Part shown: piece by piece, positions 19,418 through 29,310 of the stretch
How positions within the stretch are numbered: the first letter of the stretch is position 1
Layout: the number at the start of each line of letters is the position of its first letter
NCBI GenBank assembly: GCA_027340875.1
Contig: DAIENX010000084.1
Span: 1-51,679, forward strand
Direction: 5' to 3'
Source of the DNA: Elusimicrobiota bacterium
GTDB taxonomy: Bacteria; Elusimicrobiota; Elusimicrobia; Elusimicrobiales; UBA9959
Length of the DNA: 51,679 nucleotides
The notes under the pieces: model-generated
Databases searched by the model: none
The model's input: the letters and a program-made list of their open reading frames with translations, nothing else
Told to the model about the DNA's origin: nothing
Translations under genes and position numbers: made by a program

Positions 19418-20471
19418 ATCGGTCTCCGTTCCGTCCCCGCGCTATTAGCCGGGTTATTGCAGCGGCTATCGCCTCCGGCGGCAGCACGTAGGCCGCCGCG
19501 TCCGCTTTCACCGCCGCGCCCGGCATGCCGTAGATCAGCGAGGTCTCCCTGTTCTGCGCTATCGTGACGGCGCCGGCGTCGCGCATGGCCTTCAGGCCGT
19601 CGGCCCCGTCCTCGCCCATGCCGGTCAGGAGTATGCCGGCGGCGTGGGCGCCGAAGCTCCTGGCTGCAGAACGGAACAGGCGGGACACTGACGGGCGCAT
19701 GCCTTTCTCCTGCGGCCCGTCCGCCAGCAGCGTCCGGCCGCCGGCGTCCAGTTCCAGGTGCCGCCCGTCCGGAGCCAGGTAAACGCGGCCGGGCAGGGCC
19801 GTTTCTCCATGTGAGGCTATCCTCACCTCCAGCGGGGTGGATATTGCCAGCCACTGCGCCAGGCTGGGCATGAAGCCCGGCGACATGTGCTGCACCACCA
19901 CCACCGGCGCTCCCAGGCCCGCCGGCAGCCGCGACAGTATGGCCTGCAGCGCCACCGGCCCGCCGGTGGACGCGCCCACCGCCACTGCCCGCGTCTCCGG
20001 CGCCGCGCGCAGGTCCGGCGCCGGAGGCGCCGCGCCAGCCTTGTCGCCGGCGTACGGCCAGCGGCGCACCACCTTCACCTCCGACATGGCCTTTATAGTG
20101 CTCACCAGCTCCCGGGCCTGTTCGGCGTGCCCGGGCGCCAGCGGGCCTGGCGGCAGCCGTACGCAGGCTACGGCTCCCGACTGCACCGACTTGAAAAGGA
20201 GAGCGTCGTCGTCCCTGGACGAACTGCCTGCCACTATCACTATAGGCACCGGCGAGGTCTCCATTATCCGGCGCGTAGTATCGAAGCCGTTCATCCGCGG
20301 CATGTGCACGTCCATGGCTATCACGTGCGGCCGTTCCCTGCCGGCCAGGTCCACTGCTTCCAGGCCGTTACGCGCCAGGGCGGCCACGTGTATCTCAGGG
20401 TCCGCTTCCAGCAGCCGGCTGAGCAGCTCGGCCGCGGTGGGCGAGTCGTTGACTATCAGCACGTTTATCAT
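19407..20471 (-). CDS. cheB: chemotaxis methylesterase CheB (REC + esterase)
   Basis: GASTGGP, VQHM, LTGMGEDGA, YGMP; start at MINVLIV overlapping cheA stop. Confidence 0.95.
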   Translation of the reverse strand: MINVLIVNDSPTAAELLSRLLEADPEIHVAALARNGLEAVDLAGRERPHVIAMDVHMPRMNGFDTTRRIMETSPVPIVIVAGSSSRDDDALLFKSVQSGAVACVRLPPGPLAPGHAEQARELVSTIKAMSEVKVVRRWPYAGDKAGAAPPAPDLRAAPETRAVAVGASTGGPVALQAILSRLPAGLGAPVVVVQHMSPGFMPSLAQWLAISTPLEVRIASHGETALPGRVYLAPDGRHLELDAGGRTLLADGPQEKGMRPSVSRLFRSAARSFGAHAAGILLTGMGEDGADGLKAMRDAGAVTIAQNRETSLIYGMPGAAVKADAAAYVLPPEAIAAAITRLIARGRNGDRYGN

Positions 20472-22639
20472 CGTATCAGCCTCCCGGCTATCTCCAGAAT
20501 GTCGCTCTGGTCGAAGCGGCTCTTGACCAGATAGGCGTTGGCGCCGGCGTCTATGCCGCGTTCCCTGTCGCGGTCGGACTCCAGCGCGGTCACCAGCACC
20601 ACTGGCAGCGCGGAAAGGTCCCTGTCCTTCCTTATCCTTCCGGTCAGCTCGAAGCCGTTCATCCGCGGCATGTCCACGTCGGAGACTACGAGATCGCACC
20701 GGTACGACCGCAGCAGTTCGAATCCCGCAGCCCCGTCCACGGCCGTGCGGACCTCGTAGCCGGCGGCCTCGAAGATGTTCCTCAGCAACGTGCGCGAGGT
20801 GACGGAGTCCTCCACCACCAGCACCCTCCTCTTGCGCTCCGGGCCGGGCTTGCCGGCGGCAGGGGCGGGAGCGGCCGCGGCGCCGCCTTCCATGAGGCCG
20901 CGCATGTTCAGCATCGCCACCACCCGGCCGCTGCCCAGCACGGCCGCCCCGGAGGCGCCGCGCGACTGGGAGAGGGGTTCGTCCAGGCCTTTCACCAGCA
21001 GTTCCTGTTCCGTCAGCACTTCGTCCACCAGGAAGGCCTGCCTGGCGCCGCCGGAGGCGGCCACTACGAACTGCGCGTATTTGCCGCGCCCGCCAGACCT
21101 CGGCGGCGGCAGGCCCAGCGCCGTCCCCAGCTCGCCCAGGGGCAACTCCCGGCCGCCGGAGGAGACGGCGGGCCGGCCCTCCACCGTGCGCAGGTCGCCC
21201 GGGCCGGCCCGGCCCACGCGTTCCACCTGCGCCAGCGGTACCGCGAAGACCTCTCCGCCGGTTTCCACCAGGACGCCGCGCATGGTGGAGACCGTCAGCG
21301 GCAGGGTTATGCTGAAAGCCGTTCCTCCCGGAGCGCTTTTCACCGCGACCGAGCCGCCGAGCCTTTCCACCTTGTCGCGCACGATGGCCAGGCCCAGGCC
21401 GCGGCCGGAGATGGAGGTGATGATCGGGCTGGTGGAGACGCCGGACCGGAAGATCAGCGCCTCGGCGGCGGCCTTCCCGCCCCTTTCCAGGGTCTCGCTG
21501 TCCAGCAGCCCCAGTCTGGCCGCAGCGGCCGTCACGCGGACGGCGTCTATTCCGCCGCCGTCGTCGCGTATCGTTATTCCGGCCTTGTTGCCTTCTCTCT
21601 TCGTTATCGCTATTGATACGCGTCCGCGCGCGGGCTTGCCTTCCTTCAGCCTTTCCTCAGGCTTCTCTATCCCGTGGTCCACTGAATTCCTCAGCAGGTG
21701 CAGCAGCGGAGCCTTCATCTCCTGCAGTATGCGGCGGTCCGCCGAGAGTTCCGCCCCTTCCATGACCAGGTCGGCTTCTTTCCCCTGGCTGCGCAGCACT
21801 TCCCTGAAGAACAGCGGGAAGCCCTCCACCAGCGTGGAGAAAGGCAGCATCATCGTCTGTTTCATCTCTTCGTGCAGCAGGTCTATGCGCGCGGCCAGCG
21901 CGCGCTGGTCCTGTTCCATGGCCTGTAGCAGCGCTCGGCCGCCCTTTTCCAGAGCGCGCAACCTGCCGCGCAGGCCTTCGAACGGTCCCTCTTCCCCCGG
22001 GCTCCTCGCGACCGGCCAATCGCGTACCAGGCGGGACACTTCGGCCAGCAGGGTTTTCAGTTCCCCGCAGCGCTGGCCGGCGGAGAGTTTGGAGGCCAGC
22101 ATCTCCTCGGTCTGCCTCAGCAGCGACTCCAGCGTGGCCAGCGGCACGCGCACGTTCTCGGAGGCTGGCTCTGACTCCGTCACGCCGGTCGCGGTCTGCG
22201 CTGCCGGCCGCGCCGCCGGAACGGCGGCCCCCCGCGCGGCCGTGGCATTTTCCAGCCCCGCCGTCATCTCCGCGGCCGTCCTGAGCAGCTCCGCAGGTTT
22301 GTCGCCGGCGCAGGCGGTCAGTCCCTCCAGCGCGCGCAGCGCGGCCAGCAGCGTGTCCAGCAGCGGCGGTTCCGGGGCGGTCCCGGCTCTCTTCAGTCCG
22401 GCCAGCGCGCTTTCCAGAGCCTGGCACAGGTTTTCGGTCTCCCTTTCGTTCACGGCCCTGGCCGCTCCTTTCAGGCTGTGGGCGGCGCGGAACACCGTTT
22501 CCAGTATTCCCGGTAGCGCGCCGGCGGCGGGCTTCTCCAGGCCCATAAGCCCCGACCTGAGCTCGCGGACGTGGTCCTCCGCCTCGCCGCGGTACGTGAG
22601 GAGCAGTTTCCTCCTGAGTCCTTCGTCGTCGCGCTGCAT
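20468..22639 (-). CDS. cheA: CheA-like hybrid kinase (Hpt-HATPase-CheW-REC), WspE-like
   Basis: FRAAHSLKGAA, HLLRNSVDHGIE, DDGGGID, SGRGLGL, C-terminal VEDS...DVDMP. Confidence 0.95.
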   Translation of the reverse strand: MQRDDEGLRRKLLLTYRGEAEDHVRELRSGLMGLEKPAAGALPGILETVFRAAHSLKGAARAVNERETENLCQALESALAGLKRAGTAPEPPLLDTLLAALRALEGLTACAGDKPAELLRTAAEMTAGLENATAARGAAVPAARPAAQTATGVTESEPASENVRVPLATLESLLRQTEEMLASKLSAGQRCGELKTLLAEVSRLVRDWPVARSPGEEGPFEGLRGRLRALEKGGRALLQAMEQDQRALAARIDLLHEEMKQTMMLPFSTLVEGFPLFFREVLRSQGKEADLVMEGAELSADRRILQEMKAPLLHLLRNSVDHGIEKPEERLKEGKPARGRVSIAITKREGNKAGITIRDDGGGIDAVRVTAAAARLGLLDSETLERGGKAAAEALIFRSGVSTSPIITSISGRGLGLAIVRDKVERLGGSVAVKSAPGGTAFSITLPLTVSTMRGVLVETGGEVFAVPLAQVERVGRAGPGDLRTVEGRPAVSSGGRELPLGELGTALGLPPPRSGGRGKYAQFVVAASGGARQAFLVDEVLTEQELLVKGLDEPLSQSRGASGAAVLGSGRVVAMLNMRGLMEGGAAAAPAPAAGKPGPERKRRVLVVEDSVTSRTLLRNIFEAAGYEVRTAVDGAAGFELLRSYRCDLVVSDVDMPRMNGFELTGRIRKDRDLSALPVVLVTALESDRDRERGIDAGANAYLVKSRFDQSDILEIAGRLIR

Positions 22640-22641
22640 GG

Positions 22642-24369
22642 TCAGAGCTTATACTGGTCCGCGAGATGCTTGAGCTTCTGGCCGAGCTGCTGCAGGTCCT
22701 TGGTGGAGGTTTCGGTCTGCCTGGAGGCGGTGGCCGTCTGGGCGGTGGCCGTCTTTATGTTCTCCATCGCCTGCGCCAGCTGGTCCATGCCGGCCAGCTG
22801 CTGCTGGCTGGAGGCCGCCACCTGCCCCGCCGCCTGCGCCGCCTCGGCTATGCTCTCGGCCAGCCTGGCTATCGCGTCGCCGGCCACGGCGGACTGCTTC
22901 ACGCCGGCCTCCACGGCCCGGTTGCCCTGCTCGGTGGCCATCACCGCCGAGCTGATGGCCTTCTGCACCTCGCCGAGTATGGTGCGCACCTGCGCGGTGG
23001 CGCTCTTGGACTGGTCCGCCAGGGTCTTGACCTCCTGCGCCACCACGGAGAAGCCGCGGCCCTGCTCGCCGGCCTTGGCGGCCTCTATGGCGGCGTTGAC
23101 GGCCAGCAGGTTGGACTGCTCGGCGAGGTCGCTGACGGTGGAGGTGATCTCGCCTATGGTCTGGCTCTGTTCGTTGAGGCGCACGATGTTCTGAGCTATC
23201 GAGTCCACCTGGCCTTTTATCTGGACCATGCCCTCGGTCATCCCGGCCACGGCCTTTTTGCCGTCCTGCGCCACCTGCGATACCTGCCTGGCGGATTCCG
23301 AGACCTGGCGGGCCTTCTGGCTGGAGAGCTGGGCGGTCTGCTTGACCTCCTCCACGGTGGCGGTGGTCTGGCTGACGGCGGTGGCTATCTCGGCCACGGT
23401 GGAGGCGGTCTCGGCGGTGGAGGCGGCCATCTGGCCGGTGGAGGAGGCCAGCACCTGCGTGGCGCCCTGTATGTCCTTGGTCATTGCGCTGAGGTTGCCT
23501 GTCATGGAACGAAAAGCGTTCCCCAGCAGATCTTTATCGGAGAGAGGTTTTATCTCCGCCCGGAAATCGCGGTTCCCTATCCGCTCGGCCGCTCCGGCCA
23601 TGTTCTTCAGATACTCCGTCATGCGGGTAAAAGCCCTGCCCAGGGCCCCCACCTCGTCATCGCGCCCGGCCGAAGGCAGTTCCGCGGCCATCTCCCCCCT
23701 GGAAATAGCTTCGGCCGCGCCTGCTATGTCCGCCAGCGGCCCGACGATGTTCCGGCTGAGCAGGAACCCCAGCAGCACCATCAGCGCAGCCAAAAGGAGT
23801 ATTCCCCATAAAATGACTAATTCGGCTTTCCGGGTATCCGTATCCAATTGGGAGGAGCGCTGCGCCAGCAGCGCGGTTTCCTCGGCTACAGCCTCCCCGA
23901 TGAGCGTCCGGATCTCGTCCATCACTCTCTTTCCCTTTTCGGACCGGACGATCTGCGTGGCCGCTTCCAGACCTTTTGCCCGGCGTGTCGTTATCGTCTG
24001 GTCCAGTTCGGAGAGTTTCTCCGCGACTTTGGCCTTAAGCATGGGAACCCGTCGCTGTTGTGCCGGGTTATCCGCAGTCAGTTTTTGGAAGTCCTCCACT
24101 TCCCGGTCGATCTTTTCGAGGGCGTCTTTGTAGGGCTCGAGATAGCGTTCATCGCCCGTGAGGAGAAAGCCCCGCTGTCCTGTTTCGGAGTCCTTCAGCA
24201 GCGAAAGCAGCTTCTCGAGGCAGGCCAGCGCGTCGTAAGTGTGCGCTTTCCATGAGCCGGCCTCGATAGTTCCGTTCAGGGCCACATATGAATTGACCCC
24301 CACGATTATCGTCAGCGTCAGCGCCAGACCAAAACTTGCTCCGATCTTCTTCCCGATGGACCATGTCAT
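22642..24369 (-). CDS. methyl-accepting chemotaxis protein, CHASE3 + HAMP
   Basis: TM1, [19 protein letters not shown] (CHASE3), TM2, [47 protein letters not shown] before MTWSIG. Confidence 0.95.
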   Translation of the reverse strand: MTWSIGKKIGASFGLALTLTIIVGVNSYVALNGTIEAGSWKAHTYDALACLEKLLSLLKDSETGQRGFLLTGDERYLEPYKDALEKIDREVEDFQKLTADNPAQQRRVPMLKAKVAEKLSELDQTITTRRAKGLEAATQIVRSEKGKRVMDEIRTLIGEAVAEETALLAQRSSQLDTDTRKAELVILWGILLLAALMVLLGFLLSRNIVGPLADIAGAAEAISRGEMAAELPSAGRDDEVGALGRAFTRMTEYLKNMAGAAERIGNRDFRAEIKPLSDKDLLGNAFRSMTGNLSAMTKDIQGATQVLASSTGQMAASTAETASTVAEIATAVSQTTATVEEVKQTAQLSSQKARQVSESARQVSQVAQDGKKAVAGMTEGMVQIKGQVDSIAQNIVRLNEQSQTIGEITSTVSDLAEQSNLLAVNAAIEAAKAGEQGRGFSVVAQEVKTLADQSKSATAQVRTILGEVQKAISSAVMATEQGNRAVEAGVKQSAVAGDAIARLAESIAEAAQAAGQVAASSQQQLAGMDQLAQAMENIKTATAQTATASRQTETSTKDLQQLGQKLKHLADQYKL

Positions 24370-24550
24370 GTTATATCCCTCCGATATGTCCTGCTGACAG
24401 CCGCCCAAGTAATGTCCCACGCCGGAGACTTGGATCTGAGATGAACGCAACCGCGCCGTTCGTCCCTTTCATATCTACGCTATGCGCGTTCCCCGCTCCC
24501 TGTTCCGCTCCGGTATCGCCCGGCCATCCCGGACATTACTCGGACGCCTG

Positions 24551-25108
24551 TCAATAACTGCCCTGTTCCGTCTCTTGGCGCCGCATGATCTTCTCATCGC
24601 CGAGGAATCTGTCCGCCAGGAATATTATCAGTCCGCTGGCGGTCACCCCGCCCAGGTATTGTCCGAATATTCCTGAAAAACCCTGCGGCGCCGGCTGTAT
24701 CGCGCCGGGAGGGATATCCGCCACCCCCAGCACGGTCTCGGCCAGTATGCCCAGCTCCGCCGGCCCGCCGCGCGCGGCCGCGGCGCGCAGGACCACTATC
24801 TTCTCCCCGGCCGCCTGCGGGCTCATGCCGAAGAGCCGCGCCAGGTCCGCCACAGGCAGCAGCTGGCCCCTGATGTTGGCCACTCCCGCCATGAAGGGCG
24901 GGGAACCGGGTATGGCGGTTATCCGCCTGCCGGAGCAGACCTCGCGCACCAGCGCCAGGTCCACGGCGTAGCGTTCACCGGCCAGCGAGAATTCCAGGTA
25001 CCTGTCCGCCGCCGCCCGCGGCGCTTCCACATTGGCGGCCATGGCGGCGGCGCGCCTGCGCAGTATTTCGCGGTTCTTTTCCGCTTCGCCCTTCCGCTGT
25101 TCAGTCAT
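24551..25108 (-). CDS. cheW: CheW adaptor (WspD-like)
   Basis: ILRRRAAAMA leader, FSLAGERYA, IPGSPPFMAGVANIRGQLLPV. Confidence 0.92.
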   Translation of the reverse strand: MTEQRKGEAEKNREILRRRAAAMAANVEAPRAAADRYLEFSLAGERYAVDLALVREVCSGRRITAIPGSPPFMAGVANIRGQLLPVADLARLFGMSPQAAGEKIVVLRAAAARGGPAELGILAETVLGVADIPPGAIQPAPQGFSGIFGQYLGGVTASGLIIFLADRFLGDEKIMRRQETEQGSY

Positions 25109-26561
25109 CCGCGCACCTCTTCAGCGCCGCGCGCGCCAGCTCGACCAGGCGCCCGGCGGACAGGCCGTCGGAACCGGGCAGCGGCTCGTCCGGTCCGCGG
25201 CGGCCGGCCAGCTCGGCGGCGTTCAGGAAATGCCTGCGGGCTTCGGCCGGCCTGTCCGCGCGCAGCGAAAGGTTCCCCAGCGCGAAATGCGCCATCACAT
25301 GGCCCGGCTCCAGGTAGACGGCGTGCCTGAACGAGGTCTCAGCCTCCTCGTAGCGGCCCTCCTCCTGGAGTATGTCTCCCAGCAGGCACCTGGGCAACGG
25401 GTCCAGCTTGTCGGCCAGGACGGCCTTCGAGCAGAAGGCCGCGGCGCCGTTAATATCGCCCAGGTTCGCCCTTATCCTGGCCATCAGCATCAACGCCGCC
25501 TTATTGCGCGGTTCCGCCGCCAGCAGCCTCTCGAGGCGGGCGCTTGCCTCTGTGTAAAGACCTTTAGAGTAAAAGGTCTCTCCCTCCCCGAGCGGGTCCG
25601 GCGCTTCGGGCGGCGGTCCTGGGCGCACAGGCGGGGCCTCGCGCACGGGGCGCGCTTCGGGCTCATGCGGCCGGGGCCGCCGCAGAGGCGCTCTTTCCGT
25701 CTTCCTGTAGACGGTGACGCCGTGGAAACGCTCGTTCCCGGCCAGCGCGGCCTCCCCTTCGGCCGCCTCCGGCGCGAACACGGGGGCCTCTATGGCCCCG
25801 AGTATCAGCCAGCCGCCGTCGCGCAGCGAGTCGCGGAACCTGCGCAGCACGGCCGCGGCCAGGTCGGGCCGGAAGTACATCAGCACGTTCCTGCAGATGA
25901 TGAGGTCCATGCCGTTGGTCCCGTTGATCAGCGACGGGTAGGAATCCTCCACCAGGTTCAGCCAGCCGAAACTGACCTGCTCCCTTATGCGGGGCGCCAG
26001 CTCAAGCCTCCCGTCCGCCGCCGCCGTGAAGTATCTCTCCTTTACCGCCTGCGGCACGCCGCGGAAGGACCATTCCCCGTAGAGCCCGCGCTGGGCCTGG
26101 CGCAGGGCCGCGGAGTTGATGTCGGTGGCGAGTATCGACACTTCCCAGCCGGCGCGCCGCGCTCCCAGCCTGTCGAACAGCATGGCCACGGAGTAGGGCT
26201 CCTCTCCGGTGGAGCAGCCGGCGCTCCAGACGCGCAGGGTGGTGTCCTGGCCGCCGCGGGAAGCCATGATCTCCGGGAAGATCCCATTCTCTATCGCGGC
26301 GAAATCGGCGCCGTTGCGGAAGAAATAGGTCTCGCCCACGGTGAGGCGGCCCGCCAGCGTCTCCAGCCGCTCCCTGTCCGGCGGGTAGTCCAGGAAGGAC
26401 CGGACGCAGGCCTCGGCGTCGGGATAGCCCAGTTCGCAGGCCGCCTGCTCGACGCGGCGTTCCAGGTCCGGCAGTCTTTCCGGAGGGAAATGGAGGCCGG
26501 TACGTTCGGCCACGAAGGCCACGAACTCCTCCAGCATGCAGGCGGGGACGGGCGGCGTCAT
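25101..26561 (-). CDS. cheR: CheR methyltransferase with C-terminal TPRs (WspC-like)
   Basis: TVGETYFFR, WSAGCSTGEEPYS, ATDIN, CRNVLMYF, TPR repeats. Confidence 0.95.
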   Translation of the reverse strand: MTPPVPACMLEEFVAFVAERTGLHFPPERLPDLERRVEQAACELGYPDAEACVRSFLDYPPDRERLETLAGRLTVGETYFFRNGADFAAIENGIFPEIMASRGGQDTTLRVWSAGCSTGEEPYSVAMLFDRLGARRAGWEVSILATDINSAALRQAQRGLYGEWSFRGVPQAVKERYFTAAADGRLELAPRIREQVSFGWLNLVEDSYPSLINGTNGMDLIICRNVLMYFRPDLAAAVLRRFRDSLRDGGWLILGAIEAPVFAPEAAEGEAALAGNERFHGVTVYRKTERAPLRRPRPHEPEARPVREAPPVRPGPPPEAPDPLGEGETFYSKGLYTEASARLERLLAAEPRNKAALMLMARIRANLGDINGAAAFCSKAVLADKLDPLPRCLLGDILQEEGRYEEAETSFRHAVYLEPGHVMAHFALGNLSLRADRPAEARRHFLNAAELAGRRGPDEPLPGSDGLSAGRLVELARAALKRCADD

Positions 26562-27073
26562 GGTGTGCCAGGCGCGCGCCCGGGCGTGGCCGCCGCCTCC
26601 TCTCTGCCGCCGGGGAACCGCGCGGCGTCGCAGACCGGTATCAGGCCGTCGCCGGTCCTAAGGACGCGCTCGACGCAGCCCAACTCAGGGAAGATCTCGC
26701 CGGCGGGCAGCAGGTCTTCCGGGCGGCCCGCGGCCAGCTCCGGCGCGGAATCGGCGGTTATCGCGCAGTTCCCGGCGGCGGCGGTGACGAGGATGAAATA
26801 GTCGGCCGGGCCCAGTTCCCTCCCCGGCAGCCCGAAGAACCGCCTGATGTCCAGCAGCGGGACCGCCCTGCCGCGGAAATTGAGCAGGCCTGCCAGCTCC
26901 GACGGGCCCCTCGGCAGCGGCGCGGGTTCGAAGGCGCGCACTATCCTTTCCACGCGCGAGATCGGCAGCGCGTAGCGATTTTCGTCCAGAGAAAAGACGA
27001 TGAACTGTTCCGTAATATCCCCCCGCCGGCCCGCCGCGTATCCCGTTCCGGGAAAGTGCGGCGGACCGGCCAC
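26558..27073 (-). CDS. cheW: CheW adaptor (WspB-like); start uncertain
   Basis: FIVFSLDENRYALP, GLLNFRGRAVPLLD. Confidence 0.85.
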   Translation of the reverse strand: MAGPPHFPGTGYAAGRRGDITEQFIVFSLDENRYALPISRVERIVRAFEPAPLPRGPSELAGLLNFRGRAVPLLDIRRFFGLPGRELGPADYFILVTAAAGNCAITADSAPELAAGRPEDLLPAGEIFPELGCVERVLRTGDGLIPVCDAARFPGGREEAAATPGRAPGTP

Positions 27074-27141
27074 CCACTACAAATTTAGCAGGGACTGGCG
27101 GGAATGTCAATCACGGCGGCGTGAGTATTTTTTTTGTTTTA

Positions 27142-27861
27142 CTACGGAGAACCTGGCGCGGAATTCCTTTTGTCCGGCCGGGGCGGCAGGTATATCCAGC
27201 CGCGGCCGCTCCTGTTCTTCACGCGCCTGCCCAGGCGGCGGCCCAGCTTGAGCCGCAGGCGGTAGATCAGCCCGCGTATGGCGTCGGCCAGTTCCGGGGA
27301 ACGGTCGGAATTGAATACGACCCGGGCTATCTCCTCCTCGGTGACGAAAGCCGGGCTCCTGTCCAGCAGCAGCGAGAAAAGGCGGAACTGCTCCGGAGAA
27401 AGGGAAGGCAGCGGCCTGGAGGACCTGTACGCCCTGCCGCCGTCGGCCTCCAGCCGTATGTCGCCTTTTTCCGTTATGCCGCGCTCCCAGCCCACGCGGC
27501 GCAGAAGGGCCTCCACAACCCCGACCAGCCTGTTGAAGTTGCCGTCCTTCAGGGCGAAGGCGTCCGCCTGGTGCAGCAGGTAGGCGTCGGCCTCCTGCGT
27601 GGGGTCGGCGCTTACCATTATTACGGGCACCTTCTTAAGTTCGGAGTCGGTCCGCACGGCGGCGCAGACTTCGCCGCCGTCGCCGTCGGTCAGGTGGAAG
27701 TCCAGCAGTATGGCGTCAGGACGGGCCAGCCTGAGACGCCGCAGTCCTTCGGCGCAGGTCGCGGCCGAACCGACCGTGTAACCGGCCCTGGCGAAAAATT
27801 CCGCCGCGATCCTGGTCCAGGCCGCGTCGTCGTCTATGATGAGCAGATGGGTTTTCCGCAT
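27142..27861 (-). CDS. response regulator, REC + OmpR-like winged helix
   Basis: IIDDD, ILLDFHL, LSPEQFRLF, IYRLRLKL, GRGW. Confidence 0.88.
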   Translation of the reverse strand: MRKTHLLIIDDDAAWTRIAAEFFARAGYTVGSAATCAEGLRRLRLARPDAILLDFHLTDGDGGEVCAAVRTDSELKKVPVIMVSADPTQEADAYLLHQADAFALKDGNFNRLVGVVEALLRRVGWERGITEKGDIRLEADGGRAYRSSRPLPSLSPEQFRLFSLLLDRSPAFVTEEEIARVVFNSDRSPELADAIRGLIYRLRLKLGRRLGRRVKNRSGRGWIYLPPRPDKRNSAPGSP

Positions 27862-27966
27862 GCCGCCACCCCTGCCTCAGGATAACATAATTGAAATGGG
27901 ATGGTCCATTACTGGCCTGAGCATAAGTAATGAAACATCTGGCCGGGGAAGTCCGGATCGAGATTA

Positions 27967-28062
27967 AGGAGCGGCGAGCGACGCAGTCGCAGCCGGGAAT
28001 CGCCGGGCCTTTTCCCTTCTGGAAAAGTCGGCTTGTCTTTGAGCGTCTGCTTCGTCGCTCCT
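27967..28062. repeat. intergenic imperfect long hairpin element
   Basis: AGGAGCGGCGA/TCGTCGCTCCT outer stem, CTTTTCC/GGAAAAG inner stem, GCGAC-GCA-GTCGC side hairpin. Confidence 0.55.
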
Positions 28063-28077
28063 CACTGGCAGTAGCCG

Positions 28078-29223
28078 CTACTTCGCGTTGCGCAGGATCT
28101 TCTCTATCTCGGGCTGCTCGTGCTTCATCCCCCACAGGCGGATGAGCTGCATGGCGTTCTGCGCTATCTCAGGTATGTCCTTGGCCGGGATGCCCGCCTC
28201 TTTCAGCCTCACCGGGGCGCCCGCCTTGCGGAAGAAGTCCTCGAAGGCCTTTATGGTCCCGTCGGCCGTCTTAACGCCGAAGACCGCGCGGCCGAAGCTC
28301 TCCAGCCGGGCGGGCCCGTCGGTCTCCAGGTGGTGGCGGAACCAGGCCGGCATCACTATGGCCAGCCCGGCGCCGTGCGCGATGTCGTAAATGGCGCTGA
28401 GGGAATGCTCGATGGCGTGGTTGATGAAGTTCATGCGGCCGTAGCCGCAGGAGGCCAGGCCGTTGAGCGCCAGCGTAGCGGACCACATCATCGAGGCCCT
28501 GGCGTTGTAGTCCGCCGGGTCCTTCAGGATGCGCAGCGTGGAGGAGATCACCGAGCGCGCCAGCGCGTGCACTATCTCGTCGGTGACGGCGGCGTCCGTG
28601 TCGGAGGCCGTGAAATAGCCCTCGATGATATGCGCCAGCGAGTCCACCGCGCCGTTGGCCACCTGTTCGCGCGGCAGCGTCAGCGTGGTCTCCGGGTCCA
28701 GCGCGGAGACGCGGGGGTACATGGCCGGCCCCTGCGCCGAGAACTTCTGCGCGGTCGCCTCGTTGGTCACCACGCAGCCGGAGTTCATCTCCGAGCCGGT
28801 GGCCGGCAGCGTCAGGGCCGTGAAGAGCGGCAGCGCCTCCCGGACCTGGGCCTTGCCGCAGAAGAAATCCCAGACGTCGCCGGGGAACAGGGCGCCGGCA
28901 GCGATGGCCTTCGCCTCGTCTATCACCGAGCCGCCGCCGGCCGCCACCACCAGGTCGCAGCCTTCCTTCCTGGCTTTCGCTATGCCCTCACGGACGTGGG
29001 AGAGCACCGGGTTCGGCTTCACTCCGGGATGCTCAGCTATCCCCACCCCGTTCTTGCGGAGGGCCTCGGTCAGGACGTCGTAGACGCCGTTCTTCTTTAT
29101 GCTGCCGCCGCCGTAGACGAACAGGGCCTTTTTGCCGGCGGCCGCCGCGGCCGGCCCCAGCTTGGCCACCACGGCCTTGCCGAATATTATCTTGGTCGGG
29201 TTGACGAAAGTGAAGTTCTGCAT
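28078..29223 (-). CDS. iron-containing alcohol dehydrogenase (butanol dehydrogenase-like)
   Basis: NPTKIIFG, GGGSIKKNG, GGGSVID, TLPATGSEMN, HAIEH, HGAGLA. Confidence 0.95.
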   Translation of the reverse strand: MQNFTFVNPTKIIFGKAVVAKLGPAAAAAGKKALFVYGGGSIKKNGVYDVLTEALRKNGVGIAEHPGVKPNPVLSHVREGIAKARKEGCDLVVAAGGGSVIDEAKAIAAGALFPGDVWDFFCGKAQVREALPLFTALTLPATGSEMNSGCVVTNEATAQKFSAQGPAMYPRVSALDPETTLTLPREQVANGAVDSLAHIIEGYFTASDTDAAVTDEIVHALARSVISSTLRILKDPADYNARASMMWSATLALNGLASCGYGRMNFINHAIEHSLSAIYDIAHGAGLAIVMPAWFRHHLETDGPARLESFGRAVFGVKTADGTIKAFEDFFRKAGAPVRLKEAGIPAKDIPEIAQNAMQLIRLWGMKHEQPEIEKILRNAK

Positions 29224-29257
29224 GGTCCCTCCTCCTGTCCTGGTTAGATTCTAGCAA

Positions 29258-29289
29258 AGAAAAAACCGCGGCTTTCAGCCGCGGTCTTT
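29258..29289 (-). terminator. intrinsic terminator after 544-aa gene
   Basis: ACCGCGGCT/AGCCGCGGT stem with T-tract on minus strand. Confidence 0.8.
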
Positions 29290-29310
29290 CCGGTCCGGGA
29301 GAAGGCCCCG

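Noticed and set aside
20440..20471. CheB receiver begins IVNDS rather than IVDDS
   Set aside because: Phospho-acceptor Asp and catalytic Ser/His/Asp are retained; a single substitution is weak evidence of altered function
27014..27016. Possible ATT start for the first cheW
   Set aside because: GTG at 27073 sits 8 nt after an extended -10 and explains initiation without a rare codon; unresolved
27907..27932. CATTACT-N12-AGTAATG inverted repeat upstream of the response regulator
   Set aside because: Single 7-bp pair that could be chance; no second instance noticed
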